Position numbers and translations under genes: made by a program. Below the pieces are notes generated by a model that was not told the origin of the DNA, made no database searches, and saw nothing but the letters and a program-made list of their open reading frames with translations. A stretch of DNA of 64,000 nucleotides from Myxococcota bacterium (GTDB lineage: Bacteria > Myxococcota_A > UBA9160 > SZUA-336), in NCBI GenBank assembly GCA_965247115.1, contig CBDFGR010000002.1:832001-896000 (forward strand), in the 5' to 3' direction. Within the stretch, counting starts at the first letter, position 1, and the number at the start of each line of letters is the position of its first letter. Below, in pieces: positions 50,515 through 60,309 of this stretch.

Positions 50515-51735
50515 TCACCTCATGCTGTCCATGTACGCGCGGATGATGCCCGCGTCGGGGGCATCCTCCGCGAAGCTCAGGTACTGCTCGAACGCGCTCA
50601 TGGCCTCAGCGTTGGCGTGCTGTCTACGATGGGCCATCCCGAGCTCCTTGTAGGCGGGCGCGAAGCCGGAGTCCTTCTCCAGCGCTTTCCGGTAGCGATC
50701 CATACGCGGGGAATAGTCGGGTCCGTCGAGCGCCTCCTTGCGATAGGTCTCCCCGATCAGGAACTCGGCCTCCGGATCCTCCGGCCTCACCGAGATGTAC
50801 TTCGTCAGGGCCGCACGGGCCCGGGCATACTGCTGCTCCTGGATGTCGAGCCGAGCGTTGATGAGCAAGGCGGGCGCGATGCCCCGATAGTAGGACTCCG
50901 ACGCTGGAACCACTCCTGGCTTGTACGCCTGCTTGCTCCTCTTGCGCTCTCTCTTGATCTCTTTCTGGAGGTTCTTGATCCGGTCGTCCAGCTTCGGGTG
51001 GCTGCTCCAGAGCCGGGCTGGATCGGCCACGCCGTAGAACGAGTTGTCGCCAAGGGCCTGGAACCCGAGCAGCGCCTGGTCCCGGGAGTAGTTCGCCTTC
51101 GCCATCAGGACAAGGCCCTCCTCATCGGCCACGTACTCGAGCTTCCGCGAGTAGCCGTTCGTCACGAGGCCCGACCAGAGACCCTCGGTCGAGCCGATCA
51201 GATCGGTATCGATCACGCCCGTCTGCGAGGCCACGGCAACGGTCGCCAAGAGGCCGATCCCCTTGCCGATGATTGATTGCCGTCCCTCGGTGATGAGCTC
51301 GCGGTAGGAGTGACGCTGGAGAAAGTGGGAGATCTCGTGGGCCAGGATCGCGCCGAGCTGAGCCTCGTTTTCCATGCCGGCGAGGAGGCCGGTGTGAACG
51401 GCGATGGTCCCGTACGGGTAGACCCATCCGCCCAGCGTGGGCTCCCTGACCAGGATGAAGTCGAGGTGCATGCCGAGATGATCCAGGCTGGAGCCGAGCA
51501 TCCTGTCCGTGATGGACTCGAGATACGCCTCGACGTGCCGATTGTGGACCATCCTTCCACTGTTGCGCAGGTCATTCTCGTGTCGGCCGGCGATGTCCCA
51601 GAGCTCTGCTTCGTCCGCCTTCGCCGGCAGCTCCTCGAGCTCGGACACCGGATCCACCCTCGCCGCATTCGCCGCCGGCGAGAGAAAGCTGAGCAGAAGA
51701 GCTGCGATCGAAGACAGTCGAACTGCGCCGTTCAT
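50515..51735 (-). CDS. M48 metalloprotease with C-terminal TPRs (BepA/YfgC-like)
   Basis: NEAQLGAILAHEISH, YSR.LEY.AD, SSHP...RI, TPR helices; ATG overlaps the S8 stop (TGATG). Confidence 0.9.
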   Translation of the reverse strand: MNGAVRLSSIAALLLSFLSPAANAARVDPVSELEELPAKADEAELWDIAGRHENDLRNSGRMVHNRHVEAYLESITDRMLGSSLDHLGMHLDFILVREPTLGGWVYPYGTIAVHTGLLAGMENEAQLGAILAHEISHFLQRHSYRELITEGRQSIIGKGIGLLATVAVASQTGVIDTDLIGSTEGLWSGLVTNGYSRKLEYVADEEGLVLMAKANYSRDQALLGFQALGDNSFYGVADPARLWSSHPKLDDRIKNLQKEIKRERKRSKQAYKPGVVPASESYYRGIAPALLINARLDIQEQQYARARAALTKYISVRPEDPEAEFLIGETYRKEALDGPDYSPRMDRYRKALEKDSGFAPAYKELGMAHRRQHANAEAMSAFEQYLSFAEDAPDAGIIRAYMDSMR

Positions 51736-54053
51736 CACTTGATCCTCACCGGGTACACCGCGCGCTTCACGGTGCCATTCTTGTGTTCCACGTTGACCAC
51801 GAGCTGCCAGAGCTCGCTGCCGCTGAACTCTCTAAGGGAAATACTTCCCAGAGTGCCGTCGCGGACGGGAAACTTCAGCTTCCGTCCCACGGACTTCCAT
51901 CCAGCGGGGTTCTCTCCCGCGCCGATCTGCAGCCAGGCGCGCTTGAATATCTCCGCGTCCGCCGTTCCGCTGATCCGCAGCCTGCTCCCGCCGCCTTCCA
52001 CCTGGACGGACTGAACGCGATCGATCGCAGCGGTCACGAAGAACTCAGGATCCACGCTCAGCGCCGTCCGGGCATCCAGCATTCCGAAGCCCGCGTACTT
52101 GTCCTTGCCCGGAAACTCGATGTCTTCCGCCGTCTGGTACAGGATGCGCTCGACATCGCCTACAGTCAGCTCCGGGCTCCTCGCCAGAAGCAGTGACGCG
52201 GTGCCGGTCACGATCGGGGTCGAGAACGATGTCCCGCTGACGTGCAGATAGCGCTTGTCCTCACCGACGTAGTTCGTACCGATCTCGTACTCTTCCGTAC
52301 CCCGGTAGTTCGCATCGGTGTAGCGCGCCCTGAGGCTCAGGACGTCCACGCCAGGAGCCACCAGGTCCACGCGGTCGCCGAAGTTCGAGAAAGCGGCCGC
52401 GCGGTCGTCGGTGTGCGTCGCGCCGACGGTCAGGACGTGCTCGGCGCCAGCGGGGCCGTAGTCTTCCAGCTCGATGCCCTCGTTCCCGGATGCGACGACG
52501 ACCAGCACCCCCTTCTCGTGGGCGTAGTCAAGTGCCGCCTGCTCGATCCGGCTCGTGTGCGGCCCTCCAACGCTGATATTGATGATGCGGGCCCCGTTGT
52601 CCGCCGCGTAGACGATGGCTTCGGCGAGATAGGACGCCCGCGTGGTACCGAAGTTGTTGACCGCTTTCAGCACCATGAGTTTCGCGTGCGGGTTGATGCC
52701 GGCGATACCCGCATCGTTGTTCTGGCTGGCGGCGATGATCCCCCCGACCAAAGTGCCATGACCATCGAAGTCCCAGGGCTTGTTGTGACGACCGAAGAAG
52801 TCCCAGCCGATGATGTCGTCCACAAAGCCGTTGGCGTCGTCGTCGATCCCGTTGTCGGGAATCTCGTCCTCGTTGCGCCAGATGTTCTCGTAGCTGATGT
52901 CGAGGTGATGCCAGTCCAGACCGGTATCGATGACCGCCACCACGACGGGCGCGGCCGTGTCCGGCACCTGATTCCATGCCGAGCTCTCGTCAGCCGTGTA
53001 TCCAACGCGCTTGATGGCCCACTGGTCGTCCATGGGCTGCCCCCAGGAGCCGCCACCATGCCTGCCCGTCCTCTTATAGTTGGGATCCGTCGGAGTCAGC
53101 ACGATCCGACACCAGTCGTTCTCGAAGACGAACTCTGTTACGTAGAGCGTGTTGTAGACGAGACCCAGCTTCAGGTCCTCGAAGTTGAGGGTCGTGAACT
53201 GTCTGTCACCTATGGTGAGCTCGTTCCTGGAGAAACGGCTCAGGGAGTAATGTAGATCGCGCGCCGGCGCCTCGACGGTGATGCTGCCATAGCTGCGACG
53301 GGGCACTGTGAAGTTAAGTGCGTCTGACATCGCATCGGATCCCCCGATGTTCCAAGCGAACCCAGAACGCAGCTGGAACTGCGTATGGCCGTCGTAGCCG
53401 AACGTTCCCCTGATCGGATCTTCGCCCGAACCCTCGTCGGAAGCCTCTGAGTTCGGACCCTGGAAGGAGAAGTCGATGTCGGTGGGCAATACCACGTACT
53501 GCCGCGGGGGAACGTAGAGCTCGAGTTTCGAGGGATCCGGCTCGAGCTGGAGACCGACCCTGGGCGCCAGCTCGAAGCCGCCGTCCCCGTCGTACTGGGC
53601 CTTGGCTCCGAGCATGAGCTCCCCAAATACGTGCGACAAACCGCCATAGTAGAGGTACCCCGGGCCCTCGGAGTCCCACAGTGAACCCCGAGACTCCGCT
53701 CCCGAGCGCCCCCACTTCAGCTTGGAATCATAAGAGAGGTGGAAGTCTCCTGACTCGTTCCCGAGGGCGAAGTTCAGCTTGCCGTAGCCACTGACCAACC
53801 AGGTCGCATCATCCAACGGGGCCGGACTGTCCGTCCCCGCACGATTGCAATCGGCGTCTTGCGTTGCCGCGGCGAAAGCAATCTGCCCTAGTGGCCCGCG
53901 AAAGATCCACGAGCCATCCGTCGGCGAGCCCGGATCGGCAAACGATGCGCCCTCCGGTGTGAAGGCCTGGGTCAGGGACGCCGTGAGGAGCATCGAGATC
54001 ACGAGGCTTGCGGTGCCAGATCGCATAAGCGCACTCATCCGACGACCCCTCAT
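51735..54053 (-). CDS. Secreted S8 subtilase with about 300-aa atypical N-terminal region
   Basis: Triad VIDTG / DGHGT / SGTSFS, DDDANGFVDD Ca loop, C-terminal WLQIGAGENP..W domain. Confidence 0.9.
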   Translation of the reverse strand: MRGRRMSALMRSGTASLVISMLLTASLTQAFTPEGASFADPGSPTDGSWIFRGPLGQIAFAAATQDADCNRAGTDSPAPLDDATWLVSGYGKLNFALGNESGDFHLSYDSKLKWGRSGAESRGSLWDSEGPGYLYYGGLSHVFGELMLGAKAQYDGDGGFELAPRVGLQLEPDPSKLELYVPPRQYVVLPTDIDFSFQGPNSEASDEGSGEDPIRGTFGYDGHTQFQLRSGFAWNIGGSDAMSDALNFTVPRRSYGSITVEAPARDLHYSLSRFSRNELTIGDRQFTTLNFEDLKLGLVYNTLYVTEFVFENDWCRIVLTPTDPNYKRTGRHGGGSWGQPMDDQWAIKRVGYTADESSAWNQVPDTAAPVVVAVIDTGLDWHHLDISYENIWRNEDEIPDNGIDDDANGFVDDIIGWDFFGRHNKPWDFDGHGTLVGGIIAASQNNDAGIAGINPHAKLMVLKAVNNFGTTRASYLAEAIVYAADNGARIINISVGGPHTSRIEQAALDYAHEKGVLVVVASGNEGIELEDYGPAGAEHVLTVGATHTDDRAAAFSNFGDRVDLVAPGVDVLSLRARYTDANYRGTEEYEIGTNYVGEDKRYLHVSGTSFSTPIVTGTASLLLARSPELTVGDVERILYQTAEDIEFPGKDKYAGFGMLDARTALSVDPEFFVTAAIDRVQSVQVEGGGSRLRISGTADAEIFKRAWLQIGAGENPAGWKSVGRKLKFPVRDGTLGSISLREFSGSELWQLVVNVEHKNGTVKRAVYPVRIK

Positions 54054-54212
54054 GGGCCGCCCCGGCAGAGTATCTCACGAGACTCGGGGTCGGGTCGCTA
54101 CCCTTTCTGATAGCCAAACAAATCCCAGGAGTTACGGATTCAGACGCGTCGGCCCACGCGATTGCTCTACCATGGGGTGGCTGGGTAGTCGACTTGCCGC
54201 AAGGAGCTCGAG

Positions 54213-57200
54213 ATGACACTTGAAAAGGTGCCGGCGACGCCGCTGCTGGTGCTGCTGCTCGTATTTGGACTGAGTGCGCCGGGCTGGGCTGGCTTTAGGG
54301 TGAACACGCCCTCACCGATCACGGTCATCACTGGGGAAGAGGTGGAGCGGCTACCTGCTCGACCCATCACAGACTTCATGAGTCTGGTTCCTGGGGTCTC
54401 GAGCGGGACTGCCGGGGAGCCGACACGGTTTCTCGTAAATGGGATTCGTTCCCCCGAATCGGACCGTCTGATACCCAAGGACGATGTCGAGCGCATCGAG
54501 ATACTGAACGGTTCGACGGCGGCCACGTTGTACGGGGGGGAACTCACTGCCGACGTGATCAACTTCGTCACCAAGGACGACTATTCTGGATTCAACGTCG
54601 GTGGATCCTGGGTATTCCAGAACTTAATGAACTCTTTCAAGGATATCTGGATCTCGACGGAGAATGGCGGAGAGTGCGATACCACGAACGGTGAGCTCCG
54701 GTCTACCTTCACTTTGTTCGACCGTTACGACTTTGGAGGGCCCGACTTTGCGAACGGAGGCAACACGTGGCTGTGGGGAAGTCAGTCGCGGGGGTTTGTG
54801 CAAGGTGGGTATGGATACCCGAAACTCGGGCTTTCGTACCCGGACTTGAGAGACACCGAGTCCATGAAAAGGACCGGCTTCTCAGCTCTCGCGGCCCTGA
54901 CTGAGAGTGTAACGGGCGATCCGTCACTTTCTGAAGGAGCCAAGAGTGGCTTCATGGCTGGGCTGTCTATCGTGCTGGCGTACGGGCCGGATTCCCTGTC
55001 GGATCGGGCGCACAGCTTGGGCCACTTTGACCCTGTCGAGATCTACGGGCAGTTGAGCCAGTACTCGGCAAGTGGGGCCACTGGACCCGCGTTCACGCCA
55101 ACTCCGCAAACACAGACCGACGAAGTGGGTGGTGGCGAGCAACTACTGCCCCAACCGTTCGCGGGCTACAGAATACCCTCGAAGTATCTGTTTGAGAATC
55201 CGAATGATTGCCCGGAAGAGGTTGTGGACAGCGTGCGACCGCTGATCCGTGAGTGGGCTCAGGCTCGCGGTGGTATCAGCTACTCCATGGACTATCTGAG
55301 ATATCAGCTGCAGTCCGGCGGAGACACCGGGGAACAGGTGAGGAAGGCGGAAGAGGCACGCAAGCTGCGAGACCAGAAGAACAACGAGATCAACGATGCG
55401 CTGCGCACGTGCGTGCCTCAGACGGCATCAACGGAGGCATCTGCTCCCACAGCGACCTCCGGCGCTGAAGCACAGAGCGGCTCCTGGGGGCGCTGGAGCG
55501 ATGACTTGAAATTGCAGATCTACTTCTCCCGCAATGAACTGGGAGATGATGGGGCGGTCTACAAAGTACCCGCACCGGACGTTCGCGTAGGTCTCCACCC
55601 CTACAACCCTGATCTTGACGTTGGTATCCCGTGGGGCTTCCGGTCGTCCAGGGACACCGACAACGGGGCCAGCGAGGACGGACATAGCAAGATCACCGCG
55701 GCAGATGGAAGCGTCATCTTTGACATGGATTGGTACGATCCGGGCGTCGCTGCGGGCTTCAGAATGCCCACCGACCGGTCGCTGGTGGAATCGTACGAAA
55801 CGGGCGCAAAGTCGAACTGGACGGTGCGCGTGGACTGGGACACCAGCACGATCAAGCTCCGGTCGCACCTGGAGAAGACCGACAGCTTCGTTCAGCTGTT
55901 TGCGGGACAAGCCCAACAGGGCAGCGCCTCCATACAACATGTTCCAACAGGTCTCTTCGCGAATTATCTGTCGAACGAATTTCCTGTGGGCGGAAATCTC
56001 TATCGGGTATATGACAACATCCCGGAGTATCTCAACCTCGATCTGAGTCAATTGTATTCGATATCGGGACAGACGAGTGTCGAGAACAACTCCTGCGGCG
56101 AATCGGCCCTACCGCAGAATGGCCTCGGATACCTCAGCCAAGCAGCCTCGCCCGTCCAGTCGGTCGAGGACCAGTGGGCTCTGGAGCACGTCGGGTTGAC
56201 GGAAGATGCCGCGTTGTCGGAGACGACGTCCAGCGCTGCCGCGCCGATTGTGATCGGTGTCATCGACACCGGACTCGACTGGAACCATCTCGACTTTGCT
56301 TGGGAGAACATCTGGCGGAACGAAGACGAGATTCCCGACAACGGCGTCGACGATGATGGCAATGGCTACGTGGATGACATCATCGGCTGGGATTTCATGA
56401 ACCAGGACAACAAGCCCTGGGACAACGACGGACACGGGACGTTCGTGTCGGGGATCATCGCCGCGACGCACAACAACAGTGCTGGAATCGACGGGATCGA
56501 CCCGAACGCCAGGGTCATGGTGCTCAAGGCACTCAACAATTTCGGCCGTACGCGTGCCTCGTACGTCGCGCAGGCGATTGTGTACGGAGCCGACAACGGG
56601 GCCCACATCCTGAATGTGAGCGTCTCGGGCGGCGAGGTTCCCGGCGTTGTGATCGACGCCCTGGCCTACGCCATAGGCAAGGGCGTACTCGTGATCACAG
56701 CGGCGGGAAACAGGGGTGAGAATATCGACCGTGGCCCGCCGGGCGGGGTGCCAGGTGTCATGTCCGTGGCGGCGACGGGTCCCGACGGCAAGCGCGCGGC
56801 CTTCTCCAACGTCGGATCGTTGATCAACATCGCCGCGCCAGGGGTGGACATCGTGAGTCTTCGGGCTCGCCGCACGGACTTCATGCTGAACAGTGCCACG
56901 ACCACCTACCAGGCTCGCGATGCCTACCTGGGCGATGACAATCGCTACTACCGTTCAGCCGGAACGTCCTTCGCGACTCCTATCGTCAGCGGCATCGCCT
57001 CTCTGGTCTGGTCGAACCGGCCCGAGCTCACGGCGATACAGGTGCAACGGATCCTCGAGCAGTCGGCCCGAGACGTCGGGACGCCGGGCAGAGACCGCTT
57101 CACCGGCTACGGCGTCGTGGATGCACCGGCCGCTCTCGGGGCCGATCCCGAGTTCTTCGTGGAGGCCGCAATTCTCCAGGCCCGACCAGTGGAGGAGGAC

Positions 57201-57458
57201 GAGCAGGTCTTCGTCCAGGTCTTCGGCTCGGCGGATGCCAACCAGTTCGGCCGCGCGTGGCTCGAGATCGGCGAAGGGGAGGATCCATCCCACTGGATCC
57301 CGATAGGGGATGCTCTCCCCGACACGGTCAGGCTGGGAGTGCTCGGCATGATTCCCGCCGCCCAACTAGATGGCGCAAACGTCTGGACGGTCCGCGTGCT
57401 CGTGGAGCACCAAAACAGCCGGCTGCGAGAAGCGAGATACGTAATCGAGCTCGGATGA
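54213..57458 (+). CDS. Secreted S8 subtilase fused to an N-terminal TonB-receptor plug and about 500 aa of unassigned sequence
   Basis: Plug motifs PITVIT.EE..., IP..DVERIEILNG..A.LYG....VINFVTK; triad VIDTG / DGHGT / AGTSFA. Confidence 0.88.
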   Translation: MTLEKVPATPLLVLLLVFGLSAPGWAGFRVNTPSPITVITGEEVERLPARPITDFMSLVPGVSSGTAGEPTRFLVNGIRSPESDRLIPKDDVERIEILNGSTAATLYGGELTADVINFVTKDDYSGFNVGGSWVFQNLMNSFKDIWISTENGGECDTTNGELRSTFTLFDRYDFGGPDFANGGNTWLWGSQSRGFVQGGYGYPKLGLSYPDLRDTESMKRTGFSALAALTESVTGDPSLSEGAKSGFMAGLSIVLAYGPDSLSDRAHSLGHFDPVEIYGQLSQYSASGATGPAFTPTPQTQTDEVGGGEQLLPQPFAGYRIPSKYLFENPNDCPEEVVDSVRPLIREWAQARGGISYSMDYLRYQLQSGGDTGEQVRKAEEARKLRDQKNNEINDALRTCVPQTASTEASAPTATSGAEAQSGSWGRWSDDLKLQIYFSRNELGDDGAVYKVPAPDVRVGLHPYNPDLDVGIPWGFRSSRDTDNGASEDGHSKITAADGSVIFDMDWYDPGVAAGFRMPTDRSLVESYETGAKSNWTVRVDWDTSTIKLRSHLEKTDSFVQLFAGQAQQGSASIQHVPTGLFANYLSNEFPVGGNLYRVYDNIPEYLNLDLSQLYSISGQTSVENNSCGESALPQNGLGYLSQAASPVQSVEDQWALEHVGLTEDAALSETTSSAAAPIVIGVIDTGLDWNHLDFAWENIWRNEDEIPDNGVDDDGNGYVDDIIGWDFMNQDNKPWDNDGHGTFVSGIIAATHNNSAGIDGIDPNARVMVLKALNNFGRTRASYVAQAIVYGADNGAHILNVSVSGGEVPGVVIDALAYAIGKGVLVITAAGNRGENIDRGPPGGVPGVMSVAATGPDGKRAAFSNVGSLINIAAPGVDIVSLRARRTDFMLNSATTTYQARDAYLGDDNRYYRSAGTSFATPIVSGIASLVWSNRPELTAIQVQRILEQSARDVGTPGRDRFTGYGVVDAPAALGADPEFFVEAAILQARPVEEDEQVFVQVFGSADANQFGRAWLEIGEGEDPSHWIPIGDALPDTVRLGVLGMIPAAQLDGANVWTVRVLVEHQNSRLREARYVIELG

Positions 57459-57477
57459 CAGCCGGAGAGGAACAAAG

Positions 57478-59346
57478 ATGAAGTGGTTTGGTTTGGCATC
57501 TCTCGTCGTTGCGGTGTCGCTGCCGATGGTGAGCCGCGCGCAAGTGACGTCCGACCGGTGGCTCTTCCTGTTCGAGCAGCGGTGCGCGGTCTGTCATGGA
57601 ACCGAGAGCTTGGTTCCCAACGCGGTCAGTCGCGAAGCGTTCAGAATGTTCTCCCCGGAGCGGGTGCTCGAGGCGCTGACGACCGGCTCGATGGCGCCCA
57701 ACGCGAGCGCCCTGACAGATGAGGAGAAGCGCGGCTTGGCCGAGTACGTGACCGGTCGTCCCTTCGGCAACGTGGCGGACCGCTCTGCGCAAGCCATGCC
57801 GAACCGCTGCGGCCCTGACCTGGCGATGGGCGATCCGTCGACCGGCCCGCGCTGGAACGGGATGAGCCCCGATCCCACGACGAGCGCGCGCTTTCAGTCT
57901 GCGGCTGCCGCAGGGCTCTCGGCCGAGCAGGTGCCGCGACTGCGGCGCAAGTGGGCGTTTGGATTTCCGGATGGCAGTGCGGTCCGGGGCCAGCCGACGG
58001 TGGTCGGCGGTCGGGTGTTCATGGGCAGCGACAACGGAATGGTGTACGCGCTCGACGCGCGCAGCGGCTGCGTGCACTGGTCCTTCGAGGCAGGGAAAGC
58101 GGTGGTGACGGCCGTCAGCGTAGGGACGGTGCCCGGCACGCGCGATCGCTACGCGGCCTATTTCGGGGACTACCGGGCGAACGTGCACGCGGTCGACGCC
58201 GAGACGGGCGAGCAGCTGTGGACGACGCGCGTGGACGAACACGAGACGACGTACATCACGGGCTCGCCGGTGCTCGACAGCAAGGGCGAGCGCCTCTATG
58301 TGCCAGTTGGTTCATGGGAGGAAGGTCCCGGCCTGGCCAACCCAACGTACGAGTGCTGCACGTCGCAGGGCAGCGTACTGGCCTTGGACGCGAAGAGCGG
58401 ACGGCAGATCTGGAAGACATACACGATCCCCGAGCGCCCCCGGCCGATCAGGAAGAACTCCATCGGCACGCAGCTCTACGGCCCAGCGGGTGCCGGGGTC
58501 TGGGCGGCGCCCACGCTCGACTACAGGCGCGGGGTCCTCTACGTCGGTACGGCCAACGGCTATATCGATGTGCCGGATGCGGGATCCAGTGACGCCATCA
58601 TTGCCTTCGACCTCGACACCGGCGAGAGGCGCTGGTCGACCCAGCTGCTGGCCGGCGATTTGAACTGCCCAGGACTCTTAAGTGATGCGCGCCGGACACT
58701 CTGTCCCGGCTTCGTCATGACTGCCAACGACGATGTGTCCGGGTCTCCGGTCCTGTACACGCTGCCGAACGGTCGCCAGATCCTGATTGCGGGGCAGGAG
58801 AGCGGAAGAATCACGGCCCTGGATCCCGACAACAACGGCGCGGTGCTGTGGGTGGCGCAGGCAGGGGACGTATTGGAGACCCCGGCACGAGGCTCAGGCA
58901 TGGGAGCCGCCGCGGATGGAGAGCTCTACTACAGGTCCATCGCACTACCCGACCAGGCCGGTGGGATGGCCGCGCTCCGACCCGCGACGGGCGAGCGGAT
59001 CTGGTACACCACCCACCCGAAGCCCACGAACTGCTCCGACCCCGAGGCGGACTGGTGTAGCTCGGGACTGTTCGGGGCGGCAACGGTCATCCCCGGCGTC
59101 GTTTTCGCAGGGGCGAGAGATGGCACGCTGCGCGCGTACTCGACGGACGACGGCGAGATCTTGTGGGAATATCACACGATGCAGGAGTACGAGACGGTGA
59201 ACGGCGTCCGGGCCAAGGGGGGCTCGATCAGCGGCCATGGGCCGGCGATCGTCGGGGGCATGCTATTCATGGGCTCCGGGTACAGTGTTGGCTCGGGAGC
59301 GTCGGTACGGCCGGGGAACGTCCTCATCGCATTTGGCGTCGAGTAG
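57478..59346 (+). CDS. Quinohemoprotein (cytochrome c + PQQ), polyvinyl-alcohol-dehydrogenase-like
   Basis: CAVCH heme motif, KWAFGFP, YECCT..G, GAGVW..P, Trp-docking repeats. Confidence 0.88.
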   Translation: MKWFGLASLVVAVSLPMVSRAQVTSDRWLFLFEQRCAVCHGTESLVPNAVSREAFRMFSPERVLEALTTGSMAPNASALTDEEKRGLAEYVTGRPFGNVADRSAQAMPNRCGPDLAMGDPSTGPRWNGMSPDPTTSARFQSAAAAGLSAEQVPRLRRKWAFGFPDGSAVRGQPTVVGGRVFMGSDNGMVYALDARSGCVHWSFEAGKAVVTAVSVGTVPGTRDRYAAYFGDYRANVHAVDAETGEQLWTTRVDEHETTYITGSPVLDSKGERLYVPVGSWEEGPGLANPTYECCTSQGSVLALDAKSGRQIWKTYTIPERPRPIRKNSIGTQLYGPAGAGVWAAPTLDYRRGVLYVGTANGYIDVPDAGSSDAIIAFDLDTGERRWSTQLLAGDLNCPGLLSDARRTLCPGFVMTANDDVSGSPVLYTLPNGRQILIAGQESGRITALDPDNNGAVLWVAQAGDVLETPARGSGMGAAADGELYYRSIALPDQAGGMAALRPATGERIWYTTHPKPTNCSDPEADWCSSGLFGAATVIPGVVFAGARDGTLRAYSTDDGEILWEYHTMQEYETVNGVRAKGGSISGHGPAIVGGMLFMGSGYSVGSGASVRPGNVLIAFGVE

Positions 59347-59422
59347 AGGGCCTGGCCGTAGGTTTCGACTGGGAGGTTGGAAGGGATAGAATGGACGGCG
59401 AACCCCGCGAGGAGAGAACCCC

Positions 59423-60271
59423 ATGGAACTAGGCGTGATGATCTTCCCCACCGACAAGTCGATCCAACCGGTCGAGCTCGCCAAAGCGGCGGAGGATCGC
59501 GGCTTCGAGTCGCTCTGGTTTCCAGAACACAGCCACATCCCCGTGAGCCGCAAGACCCCGTGGGGCGGCGCCAAGGACATGCCGCCGCTCCCGGAGGAGT
59601 ACTGGCGCAGCCACGACCAGTTCATCGCCCTGGCGGCCTGCGCGGGGGTCACCGAGAACCTGAAGCTCGGCACCGGCATCTGTCTCGTCGCGCAACGAGA
59701 CCCGGTATGGCTGGCCAAGGAGGTCGCGAGCCTCGACCTGATCTCGGGGGGCCGTTTCCTTTTCGGCATCGGCTACGGCTGGAACCGCGAGGAGATGCGC
59801 AACCACGGCCTGGACTTCAAGCTGCGCCGCGAAATCTTGCGCGAGAAGATCCTGCTCATGAAGGAGATCTGGACAAAGGACGAGGCCAGCTTCTCGGGCG
59901 AGCACATACAGTTCGAGAAGAGCTGGTCGTGGCCGAAGCCGGTCCAGAAGCCCCACCCGCCGATCATTCTCGGCGCCGCGGCAGGGCCCAAGACCTTCCC
60001 TCACATCATCGAGTTTTGCGACGGCTGGATGCCGGTCGGTGGGCTACACGACTTCGAAGGCGGGCTCAAGGGTCTGGAGAGCGCGTGCAAGGACGCGGGC
60101 CGTGACCTGGACTCGCTCGAGCTCGGTGTGTTCTATGCGGGGGGCGTAGACACGGATCAGCTCAAGACTCTGCCCGACGCCGGGGTAAAGCGCGCGGTCC
60201 TGCCCCTTCCATCCAAGTCGGCGGAGGACGTGCTTCCGCTACTGGACGAATACGCAAAGCTGCTCGGCTGA
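59423..60271 (+). CDS. F420-dependent LLM oxidoreductase (TIGR03619-like), paralog of 16051-16884
   Basis: EHSHIPVSRKTPW, GTGICLV, GYGWN.EE, PKPVQKPHPP. Confidence 0.88.
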   Translation: MELGVMIFPTDKSIQPVELAKAAEDRGFESLWFPEHSHIPVSRKTPWGGAKDMPPLPEEYWRSHDQFIALAACAGVTENLKLGTGICLVAQRDPVWLAKEVASLDLISGGRFLFGIGYGWNREEMRNHGLDFKLRREILREKILLMKEIWTKDEASFSGEHIQFEKSWSWPKPVQKPHPPIILGAAAGPKTFPHIIEFCDGWMPVGGLHDFEGGLKGLESACKDAGRDLDSLELGVFYAGGVDTDQLKTLPDAGVKRAVLPLPSKSAEDVLPLLDEYAKLLG

Positions 60272-60309
60272 CTCACGGAGGGCGACAGCGTCGCCGTTCG
60301 CATCAGCTC

